This document shows, one piece after another, positions 55,922 to 64,000 of a DNA stretch of 64,000 nt. Where the stretch lies: assembly GCA_019310525.1 (NCBI GenBank), contig JAFDEE010000046.1:3452-67451 (forward strand). The letters run 5' to 3'. Every line of letters starts with the position of its first letter. The stretch's first letter is position 1. A program made the translations under genes and the position numbers. Under the pieces are notes generated by a model. It saw only the letters and a program-made list of their open reading frames with translations. It was not told where the DNA came from and did not search any database. This stretch comes from Deltaproteobacteria bacterium (GTDB lineage: Bacteria > Desulfobacterota > DSM-4660 > Desulfatiglandales > HGW-15).

Positions 55922-56103
55922 CGTTGATACCTCCTTTTTTTGGTGGGTTGGGTTGATTTCTTGAAGGTTCTTGCCAATAATTGATTGGTTTGGTTTTCCC
56001 CACAGGCGTGGGGGTTGGATGGACCATGCGCCCCTTGGGGCGCTTTTTGCTGACAAGAAGTTCGGAGCATCAGTCCCCCAACCGGGGCCTTTCCCCGGAG
56101 CGG

Positions 56104-56895
56104 CTATATCTTCAGGTATCCGAGGTCGGTGGAGATCTCGTCGCAGGTCTCCCGAACCAGGTCGATATACCGTTTCAGGCCTTCTTGGAGATAACTTTGA
56201 TGGGCGGGCAAAGCGATACCCAAGGCTGCAATCACTTCTCGTGAGTAATTTCTTATTGGGGCTGCGATGCCTATGATTCCTTCAACCGCCTCTTCCCTTT
56301 CCTGGATGTACCCCTGCCTGCGGATTTGCTCGAGACGGAGGTTGAAGGCGTCTTCATCCGTGATGGAAAAGGGGGTATGGGCCTCCAGCGGGGTTTTTTC
56401 AAGGATTTCCTTCACCCGTTTTGGATCCAGGAAGGCCATTAATACCATGCCCAGCATCCCGTAATGGAGGGGTCTTCTCCAGCCGATATCCGAGGAGATG
56501 CGGATCATGCCCCTTCCTTCACGCTTGTCCAGGTAAACCAGTTGGTCCTCCATCATGGTGCCGAGGAGGACGGTGGCCCCGGTTTCGGCCTGGAGGCGTG
56601 TCATGGGATAGGCGGCGGCTTCCCTTAAGTCAAAAGAGGAGAATACTATTCCCCCAAGTTCGAACAATCGCATCCCGAGTTGGTAATGCTTGGAAATCTG
56701 GTTTTGCTGAAGGTATCCTCTCGCAACGAGGTTGGATACAAGTCGTTTGGCAGTTGTTTTGTTAAGGCCTGTTTTGAAGGCCAGGTCCGAGAGGCTCATC
56801 TCCCTGTCCTGGAAGGAGAAGGCATCGAGGATATCCAGGGCCCTTTCCAAGGCCTGCACGCGATATCGGGTTTCTTGTCGGGTCTCAGCCTTCAT
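56104..56895 (-). CDS. IclR-family transcriptional regulator
   Basis: 263 aa; N-terminal wHTH (LERALDILDAF...LSDLAFKTGLNKTTAKRLV) plus IclR effector domain. Confidence 0.9.
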   Translation of the reverse strand: MKAETRQETRYRVQALERALDILDAFSFQDREMSLSDLAFKTGLNKTTAKRLVSNLVARGYLQQNQISKHYQLGMRLFELGGIVFSSFDLREAAAYPMTRLQAETGATVLLGTMMEDQLVYLDKREGRGMIRISSDIGWRRPLHYGMLGMVLMAFLDPKRVKEILEKTPLEAHTPFSITDEDAFNLRLEQIRRQGYIQEREEAVEGIIGIAAPIRNYSREVIAALGIALPAHQSYLQEGLKRYIDLVRETCDEISTDLGYLKI

Positions 56896-56988
56896 GGCAT
56901 TATATATCGCTGAATACGCCCGAGATCAACATGTTTCTGGCGGTATGCCCCCGCATCTTCCCGCATCCGTTGTTCGGGTCTTATCGGA

Positions 56989-58593
56989 CTAGTTTCTGTA
57001 CCTCTCGCGGTGCTCGTCTTGTCGTGCCAGTTCGGCGATACCCCCCTTCCCGAACTTGTTCAATTTCACCCCACCGGATAATCTGGGAAAGGATGACATG
57101 ACGCATAGTTCATCCGGAAGCTTATGGGGCGCTACTTTACCCTTCAGGAAGTCTCTCAGGGATTTCAGCGTGACTTCGTGACCCGGCTTTGGAATCACGC
57201 AGGCACAGGTGCTCTCTCCCAAGACCGGGTTGGGGGTGGCCACCACGCAGACTTCTTCAACGTCCGGGTGGTCCGCGAGGAGGGACTCGAGTTCATAAGG
57301 GTAGATCTTGTAACCGCCGCGATTGATCAGGTCCTTGGTCCTTCCGTATATCTTGAAATAATCGTCTTTCTCTCTGGAAACCAGATCGCCCATATGCAGC
57401 CACCCGTCGATGATCTGTTTTCGGGTCTCCTCCGGGTTTCGCCAGTACCCCTTCAGTACGTGCCAGCCCGAAAGGGTCAACTCTCCCACCTGACCTTCCG
57501 GTAGTTCTTCCCTGGTCTCCGGGTCCACCACCCGGACCCGGGTGTCTGCGATGGGCCGGCCGATGTACGCTTCCCTGACCTCCAGGGAGGAGGGATAGGG
57601 ACACATGATTCCCACCCCCGGGCCTACTTCCGATGCCCCCCAAAAAGAGGTCAGGTAAACGTTCATTTCCCTTTCCACCTCGGTGATCAGTCCTTCGGGT
57701 GCGACTTGGCCGGCGATGAGTCCGGCCCTCAAGGAGCTTAGATCGTATTTTTTTCGCGCAGGGTGATTCAACTCCAGGATGTAGTGGGCGGGAGCTGCCG
57801 GCTGAAGGGTCACCTTCTCCTTCTCGATTAGGGAAAAGGCCTTTTCCGGTTCGAATTTCTCCATGAGTACGAGGGTCGACTGGAGGAGCAGGGGCTGAAT
57901 CAGGAGCGCGCCGCAGCCGTAAGAATGGGACATGGGCAATACCCCGAGGAAGACATCCTCGGAAGTGGCCTTCACGCCCAGTGAATACTGCCAGCCGGCA
58001 CGAACGGACTGGTAGTGGGTGATCATGGCTCCCTTGGGCCTTCCTGTGGTCCCGGAGGTGTAGATCAGCATGGCCAGATCTTCTTCGGGCCGGATGACAG
58101 GGCGGGAATAAGTCCCGGACCGGCCCTGTTCAACAAGGTCCTCGAACCGGTGGACACCTTCTCCTTCCCCTTCACCTACCAGGATGATCTTTTCCAGTTC
58201 CGGAAGGTTCCCCCTCAACTCCCGGATGGCCTCCAGGTAATCATATCCGTCCCATTCCCTGAAAACGGCGACGCCCTTGGCCCCGGAGTTTCGGAGGATG
58301 AATTCCGCCTCGGCCCTCCGATAGTTGGGATTTACCCAGGCGACGATCACCCCCAGTTTCTCGAGTGCGTAAAAGGTGACGATGAATTCAATGGAACTTT
58401 TCATGTAGATCGCCACACGGTCTCCTTTTTCGAAGCCTAATGCTGAAAAAGAGCAGGCGAGGGCGTCGGCCATGGCATTCAGTTCACGGTAAGTGATCCG
58501 GCGCTCTCCGTCCACAACGGCCACTTTGTCAGGGACTGCGGATGCTCCCCGTTCCAGGACCATTCCGACATCAAGGCCTTTGTAAATCTCCAT
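56989..58593 (-). CDS. AMP-dependent acyl-CoA synthetase/ligase (ANL family)
   Basis: Start moved to MEIYKGLDVG (GGGAGG RBS); YTSGTTGRPKG and GWLHMGD motifs. Confidence 0.9.
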   Translation of the reverse strand: MEIYKGLDVGMVLERGASAVPDKVAVVDGERRITYRELNAMADALACSFSALGFEKGDRVAIYMKSSIEFIVTFYALEKLGVIVAWVNPNYRRAEAEFILRNSGAKGVAVFREWDGYDYLEAIRELRGNLPELEKIILVGEGEGEGVHRFEDLVEQGRSGTYSRPVIRPEEDLAMLIYTSGTTGRPKGAMITHYQSVRAGWQYSLGVKATSEDVFLGVLPMSHSYGCGALLIQPLLLQSTLVLMEKFEPEKAFSLIEKEKVTLQPAAPAHYILELNHPARKKYDLSSLRAGLIAGQVAPEGLITEVEREMNVYLTSFWGASEVGPGVGIMCPYPSSLEVREAYIGRPIADTRVRVVDPETREELPEGQVGELTLSGWHVLKGYWRNPEETRKQIIDGWLHMGDLVSREKDDYFKIYGRTKDLINRGGYKIYPYELESLLADHPDVEEVCVVATPNPVLGESTCACVIPKPGHEVTLKSLRDFLKGKVAPHKLPDELCVMSSFPRLSGGVKLNKFGKGGIAELARQDEHRERYRN

Positions 58594-59061
58594 AAAAAGA
58601 CCTCCCGGGCATTTGAAGTCATAAGATCGTGTTATTGCCGTATCGTATTGATAACCTGAATGATCGAGAAGGTTATTTGGTTTCAGCATGTGAAACCAAA
58701 TTTTATTTTGCGACTATACTTGGTCCAATTTCCGGTGTCAATTAAAAAAGTAGCATTTTTCAACTAGTTTTGTGGGTCTGTTTGATGCCTTTGTTCTTGA
58801 CATGGAAAGGGGGCAATGATAAAAACTCAAATATTGAAAATGCATTTCATATTGTGAAATCATGCGATGGGTGAGTATCTGCTGATAGGAACTGTATGAA
58901 TTCAGAGAGTTTGTCGAAATTTCGCAAAAATGACCATTTATGGGGACGGAAATAGTGAGAGAAAAGAGCCGGTAACGCACCCCTCATGGGGCTTCCCTCT
59001 GGATTAAGAGGGGCAGGGCGAAAGGTAGGATCAATCATACCGAGGAAGAAAGGAATGGGCG

Positions 59062-61110
59062 ATGGCAAAGACCGAGGTGATATTGACCGACTGTACCCTT
59101 TGCTACCATAGCTGCGGATGCAAGGTGAGTGTAGAGAACGGCCGGGCCGTTAAGGTCGAGGGGCTTGAATCTCACCCTATCAACAGGGGGAAACTGTGTC
59201 CCAAGGGGGAGGCGGCCCTTGAAAATATCTACCATCCCGATCGCCTGAAGTATCCCCTCAAAAGGACGGCAAACGGATTTGAGAGGATCGGCTGGGATCA
59301 GGCCCTGGATGAGATCGCCGCGGTCCTGGACCGGCTGAGAAGGGATTACGGCCCACAGGTATTGGGGGTTTTCAGTGGATCCATCGGGGTGGAAAACCTC
59401 GAAATGGCCGGCCTGACCCAACGATTCAAGGCGGCATACGGGTCGCCCAACTTCTTTTCAGTGGAAAGTGTCTGCTACCGGATGCGGATCCGTACTCGGC
59501 AGATGACCTTCGGAAAGTACCCTACCGAGGAACTGGATTCCAAACTCTATATCCTGTGGGGACACAACCCGGACGCCTCTGATTTTCCCTTGAAATTGGC
59601 CCTGGAAGAAAATCTTGCAAAGGGCTCAAAGCTTGTGGTGATCGATCCGAAGCGTATACCCCTGGCGGACAGGGCGGACATGTACTTGCAGATCCGCCCC
59701 GGGACGGACGGAGCTTTGGCCTTGGCCATGATCCATGTGATCATCAACGAGGAACTCTACGATAAGGAGTTTGTCGAAAAATACACCTTGGGATTCGACC
59801 GCCTGGTCCCCCACATCCAGCAGTACTCCCCTGAGTGGGCGGAGAAGGTGACCTGGGTTTCGGCTGAGGACATTAGAAAACTCGCCCGCCTCTTCGCCGG
59901 CACCAAGGGGGCAGGGATCTACCAGGGCACTTGTACACAGGACCAGACAGCCAACGGGACCCAGAACAGCAGGGCCTTTTCCATCCTCCAGGCCATCACC
60001 GGCAATATCAACGTGCCGGGGGGCTGGGTGATCAGCCCCCGCTTGGCCTTTGGCAATGTGGGGTTGCGGGTCGATGGAGAGCCCCTGGGGGCCGATCAGT
60101 ATCCCCTCTTTTTCGAGATTTGGGGCCGGAAGAGCCCATACGGCGTCGTTACGGTCGTTCCGGAGAGCATCCCGGAAAAGCTGAAGGCCTTTCTGGTTGT
60201 GGGCGGCAATCCCTTGATTTCCATGCCGGACAGCAACGCCTTCCGGGAAGCCTTCAGAAAGCTTGACCTCCTGGTCGTCCATGACATGTTCATGACGGAA
60301 ACGGCCAGGGAGGCCCATTATGTTTTGCCCGCCTGCTCCCACCTGGAAAAGTGGGGGGTGGCCTATACTTACAACGTCTGTCACTGTGTCCCGTACCTCA
60401 TGTTGCGGAAAAAGTGTATCGAGCCCCTCCATGAGAGTTGGTCTGAGTGGAAGTTCTATACCGAGCTCGCCGGACGCCTGGGCCTGGGGGACCTTTTCCC
60501 CTGGAAGTCTGAAGAAGAGTTGGTGTCCTTCGAGTTGGCTCCATCCGGGCTCACCTTTGATTATCTTCTGAATGAGAAGCCCGAAGGAGATTACTACCAG
60601 CAAAAGCAGTATGCCATCACCGAAGACCAATTCAAGACCCCATCCCGCAAGATCGAGATCTACAGCGAGGCACTTGAGCGGGTCGGTTTCAGTCCTTTGC
60701 CGGATTACCGGGAGCCCGAGCGAAGCCCCATGCAGTGGTCCAAGGAGTTACTGGAGAAATATCCCCTGATCCTTACGACCGGAAGCCGGAACTACTATTA
60801 CACCCACAGCCAGCACCGAAACGTGGAGGCCCTCCAGGAAAAGAATCCGGAGCCCTATGCCGAGATCGGTCCCGAGACCGCTTTGAAATACGGCATTCGG
60901 GAGGGTGACAGGATCATCATTGAGACCAACCGGGGCAGGGTCCGCATGAAGGCCCACGTGGAGGAGAGGGTCGCCGAAGGGGTGGTGTTCGTACCTCATG
61001 GGTGGCCGGGGGAGGCGAACGCCAACCTCCTGACCGACGCTCAGTGCCGGGAGTGCATCCTGGGCTATCCGGATATGAAGTCCCTTCAGTGCAGCATTCG
61101 GAAGGAATGA
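59062..61110 (+). CDS. cytoplasmic molybdopterin oxidoreductase (MopB superfamily), paralogue 1
   Basis: 682 aa; N-terminal CTLCYHSCGC...C [4Fe-4S] motif at residue ~10, no Tat signal; C-terminal molybdopterin dinucleotide-binding domain. Confidence 0.85.
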   Translation: MAKTEVILTDCTLCYHSCGCKVSVENGRAVKVEGLESHPINRGKLCPKGEAALENIYHPDRLKYPLKRTANGFERIGWDQALDEIAAVLDRLRRDYGPQVLGVFSGSIGVENLEMAGLTQRFKAAYGSPNFFSVESVCYRMRIRTRQMTFGKYPTEELDSKLYILWGHNPDASDFPLKLALEENLAKGSKLVVIDPKRIPLADRADMYLQIRPGTDGALALAMIHVIINEELYDKEFVEKYTLGFDRLVPHIQQYSPEWAEKVTWVSAEDIRKLARLFAGTKGAGIYQGTCTQDQTANGTQNSRAFSILQAITGNINVPGGWVISPRLAFGNVGLRVDGEPLGADQYPLFFEIWGRKSPYGVVTVVPESIPEKLKAFLVVGGNPLISMPDSNAFREAFRKLDLLVVHDMFMTETAREAHYVLPACSHLEKWGVAYTYNVCHCVPYLMLRKKCIEPLHESWSEWKFYTELAGRLGLGDLFPWKSEEELVSFELAPSGLTFDYLLNEKPEGDYYQQKQYAITEDQFKTPSRKIEIYSEALERVGFSPLPDYREPERSPMQWSKELLEKYPLILTTGSRNYYYTHSQHRNVEALQEKNPEPYAEIGPETALKYGIREGDRIIIETNRGRVRMKAHVEERVAEGVVFVPHGWPGEANANLLTDAQCRECILGYPDMKSLQCSIRKE

Positions 61111-61288
61111 GGGATCAGAGGTAGAACAGGCCCTCTTAAAACCAGGGAAAAGCTATTCAGTAAACGGCGCGGCAAATGCGCCGTTTGTTGTTTCCACCGC
61201 GGGGAACTTTTTTGGGTTGACATAGCCTTTATTGTCGTTTATTATGGGAAACAATTGTTTGCTATAGAGAACATAGGCGGTTTTTCCC

Positions 61289-62068
61289 ATGAAAAGTGAT
61301 TTCAAAAGGGTCCCCGCGGTCGAAAAATGTTTCGGGATACTGGATGTGCTGTCCAGTTCCAGGAATCCCATGGGCATCAGCGAACTGGCCAAGAACCTCA
61401 ACTACAACAAGAGCACCGTTTTCAATATCGTCAATACGTTGACCAATCTGGGCGTCCTTGAAAGGGTGGAGGGAAACAGGTTCCATTTCGGCACTACCCT
61501 TTACCTCCTGGGCAGGGCGGCCTGTAACAGATCCAAACTCATACAGACCGTTCATCCCTTTTTGGAAAAGATCAACGAGCAGACCAAGCTTTCCGCCTTC
61601 CTGGGTATCCGGTCCGGCCTGCGGGCCGTGATCCTGGACAAGGTGGATTCCGCTTTCGATATCCGGATATCCAGCGATATCGGGATGAGGCTCCCCCTTC
61701 TTGCAGGGGCCGGCGGGAGGGCCCTCCTTTCCCTGCTCAAGGACGAGGAGATCGATGAGATCCTTGCATCAGGGGAGCTCAAGAAGTTCACCGATAAGTC
61801 GTGCGTGGAGAAAGAAGAATATAAAAGGCAGGTCATAAGGGTGCGCGAAGAAGGCATCGCCCTTGATGACGAGGAATATATCGATGGGATCTTCGCTTTC
61901 GCCGTTCCACTTCGGATCCCCACAAACGATCTTCAGGCCGCCATATGGGCCGTGGGCCTGAAGAAGTTGGTTCCCGATCAGGTTATCAGTGAATATTCGG
62001 AATTTCTCAAGCAGGCGGCGGCTGAGATCGAGAGCCGTTTCTTCATCGAAGAACAATGGGAGAAGTAA
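61289..62068 (+). CDS. IclR-family transcriptional regulator
   Basis: 259 aa; wHTH (VEKCFGILDVL...ISELAKNLNYNKSTVFNIV) plus effector domain. Confidence 0.9.
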   Translation: MKSDFKRVPAVEKCFGILDVLSSSRNPMGISELAKNLNYNKSTVFNIVNTLTNLGVLERVEGNRFHFGTTLYLLGRAACNRSKLIQTVHPFLEKINEQTKLSAFLGIRSGLRAVILDKVDSAFDIRISSDIGMRLPLLAGAGGRALLSLLKDEEIDEILASGELKKFTDKSCVEKEEYKRQVIRVREEGIALDDEEYIDGIFAFAVPLRIPTNDLQAAIWAVGLKKLVPDQVISEYSEFLKQAAAEIESRFFIEEQWEK

Positions 62069-64000
62069 AAAAGGTAAGGACGGTCTGTCGCAGTTGCCAC
62101 GGAGGGTGCGGAGTCATCGCCCACGTGAAGGATGGCAAAGTGATCAAGGTGGAGGGAGACCCGGATTCCCCCATCAGTTACGGCACCCTGTGCAGCAAGG
62201 GGCTGGCTGTCACTCAGTTGGCCTACCACCCGGATCGAATCCTCCACCCGATGAAGAAGGTTGAAGGGACATGGGAGCGGATTACCTGGGACGAGGCCCT
62301 GGATACCATTGCCGGGAAATTCAAAAAGGTGATCAACGAATATGGTCCCGAATACATTGTTGTCGGCCAGGGAACGGGTCGGGACTACGAGAGCCATCTT
62401 TATCGATTCGCAAATCTTTTGGGGACACCAAACGTGCTCACGGCAGGTCACATGTGTTATGTGTCTAGGGTGGCCTCGACCCTCATCACCTGCGGAAATC
62501 TGCCCATTTGTGATTACCGGGGCAACCCCAAGTGCATTATCATGTGGGGTTGCAATCCCCAGTGGAGCAACCCGGACGAGTACAAGGGGGTGGACTTCTG
62601 GAAGGCTTACAAGAAGGGGGCCAGGCTTATTTGCGTGGATCCCAGGGAAGGATTCGTGGCCAAGAAAGCCGATCTCTGGCTCCAGCTTCGCCCTGGAACG
62701 GATGCCGCCTTGGCCATGGGTTTCCACCATGTGATCATCGAGGAAGAACTCTATGACAAGGAGTTTGTGGACAACTACGTCCATGGTTGGGATGCCTTCA
62801 AGGAGCGGGTCGAGGAGTATCCCCCTGAGCGGGTGGAGGAGATCACCTGGGTGGACAGGGAACTCATCAGGAAGGCAGCGAGGATGTATGCCACCACCAA
62901 GCCTGCCTGCATCCACTGGGGCGTTCCGACGGAACAGACCATCAACTGCGCCGATTGCACCCGGATCATGACAGGGCTCATGGCGGCCACGGGAAACCTG
63001 GATGCCCCGGGGGGAAACGTACTCTACGTGAATCCTCCCACCCGAACGGTCGCCGAATTCGCCCGCCATAGGGACCTTTCCCCGCAGCAGCGGGCCAAGC
63101 GGCTTGGGGGAGACCAGTTCAAGCTCGGTGCCCGGGTGGCATTGATCAACCCCAAGAAAGCGTGGGATTCCATCCTTACGGGTGAGCCTTACCGACTCAA
63201 GGCGGGCATTCTTTGCGGGACCAATCCGGTGATCACCAGGGCCAATGCCAGAGAGGCCTATGAGGCCCTTAAGAGACTGGAGTTCCTGGTCGTCATCGAT
63301 TTCTTCCTGACACCGACGGCGGAGCTGGCCGACATCTTTCTCCCGGCAGGGACCTGGCTCGAGCAGAACCACGTGGCCGACAACTGGAAGCGTCACGGTT
63401 TCGTCCTGGCCAGGCAGAAATGTGTAGAGGTCGGCGAGGCCTGGCAGGACCACAAGATCTTCCTGGAATTGGGCAAGAGGATGGGGCAGGAATGGTGGGA
63501 CACGGTGGAGGATGCCCTGGATTACCTCCTTGAACCCACGGGATTGACCTGGGAGGAATTCAAGGAGAAAGGTTATCTCCGGGGGGAAATGGTGTACCGG
63601 AAGTACAGGGAAAGGGGTTTTTCAACACCGACCGGAAAAGTGGAACTCTACTCGACGGTTCTCGAAAAATGGGGATACGACCCATTGCCGAAGTACAGGG
63701 AGATTCCGGAAAGTCCGGTCTCAAGGCCTGATTTGGCGGAGAAGTACCCCTATATCCTCAATGCAGGGTTGCGGACACCCACTTTTTTCCATTCCGCCAA
63801 TCGTATGATCCCGTGGCTGAGGGAAATCCGCCCAGATCCCATTGTGGAGATCCACCCCGATACAGCCAAGAAACACGGGATCCGGGAGGGCGACTGGGTC
63901 TATATCGAGTCTCCGAGGGGCCGGATCAAGGAGAGGGCGAAGTTGAACGACGGCATTGATCCCAGGGTGGTTGTTGCGGAGCATGGTTGGTGGTACCCCG
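62056..64000 (+). CDS. cytoplasmic molybdopterin oxidoreductase (MopB superfamily), paralogue 2, 3' end outside window
   Basis: Not in the ORF track (no stop before the window edge). Own translation from ATG 62056: MGEVKKVRTVCRSCHGGCGVIAHVKDGKVIKVEGDPDSPISYGTLCSKG...; near the edge ...PDPIVEIHPDTAKKHGIREGDWVYIESPRGRIKERAKL...; collinear with 59062-61110. Confidence 0.85.
   Translation, partial: MGEVKKVRTVCRSCHGGCGVIAHVKDGKVIKVEGDPDSPISYGTLCSKGLAVTQLAYHPDRILHPMKKVEGTWERITWDEALDTIAGKFKKVINEYGPEYIVVGQGTGRDYESHLYRFANLLGTPNVLTAGHMCYVSRVASTLITCGNLPICDYRGNPKCIIMWGCNPQWSNPDEYKGVDFWKAYKKGARLICVDPREGFVAKKADLWLQLRPGTDAALAMGFHHVIIEEELYDKEFVDNYVHGWDAFKERVEEYPPERVEEITWVDRELIRKAARMYATTKPACIHWGVPTEQTINCADCTRIMTGLMAATGNLDAPGGNVLYVNPPTRTVAEFARHRDLSPQQRAKRLGGDQFKLGARVALINPKKAWDSILTGEPYRLKAGILCGTNPVITRANAREAYEALKRLEFLVVIDFFLTPTAELADIFLPAGTWLEQNHVADNWKRHGFVLARQKCVEVGEAWQDHKIFLELGKRMGQEWWDTVEDALDYLLEPTGLTWEEFKEKGYLRGEMVYRKYRERGFSTPTGKVELYSTVLEKWGYDPLPKYREIPESPVSRPDLAEKYPYILNAGLRTPTFFHSANRMIPWLREIRPDPIVEIHPDTAKKHGIREGDWVYIESPRGRIKERAKLNDGIDPRVVVAEHGWWYP

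Overview
GC-rich chromosomal window, probably from an anaerobic, deltaproteobacterial-type (Desulfobacterota/Syntrophia-like) organism; that placement is inferred from gene content only. About 50 protein genes, 2 tRNAs and very repeat-dense intergenic DNA. Main blocks: (1) 1-7.5 kb: partial HD-GYP protein, RRM RNA-binding protein, and a ZraP/ZraS/ZraR-like envelope-stress module with divergent sigma-54 promoters. (2) 7.9-9.6 kb: an ArnC-like glycosyltransferase whose 3' end is replaced by a composite repeat. (3) 10.8-31.5 kb: one same-strand catabolic cluster (family III CoA-transferase, EtfBA, acyl-CoA dehydrogenase, GntR, B12 acyl-CoA mutase, PaaK-type ligase, three-subunit Mo hydroxylase, hydantoinase A/B, HAD/ECH fusion, epimerase, ferredoxin). 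Its enzyme inventory matches the anaerobic indoleacetate (iaa) pathway of Aromatoleum/Azoarcus. (4) 31.5-37.5 kb: IS4 transposase relic, cspA, rpsA, an unannotated candidate selenoprotein (in-frame TGA plus SECIS-like hairpin), and a DegT aminotransferase/Fe-ADH pair. (5) 39-50 kb: EndoQ(PHP)-UvrD fusion helicase, secreted unknown protein, HAD hydrolase, ECF sigma/anti-sigma, methyltransferase plus AmmeMemoRadiSam radical SAM enzyme, truA, rpsI-rplM, tRNA-Arg and tRNA-Lys. (6) 51-64 kb: divergent locus with MFS, TRAP dctPQM, IclR and acyl-CoA synthetase on one strand, and two paralogous cytoplasmic molybdopterin (MopB) oxidoreductases, separated by a second IclR, on the other. The second MopB gene runs off the window and is absent from the ORF track. 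Nearly every intergenic gap over 150 bp holds mosaic short repeats: MITEs with perfect target-site duplications, a shared hairpin core with compensatory substitutions, long palindromes, and two ~1-kb composite repeats in inverted orientation flanking 28 kb. No CRISPR array, rRNA or intact transposase was seen. No single gene set stood out as an obviously new multi-gene system. The strongest novelty candidates are the recoded small ORF, the structured repeat core, the twin MopB locus and the EndoQ-UvrD fusion.
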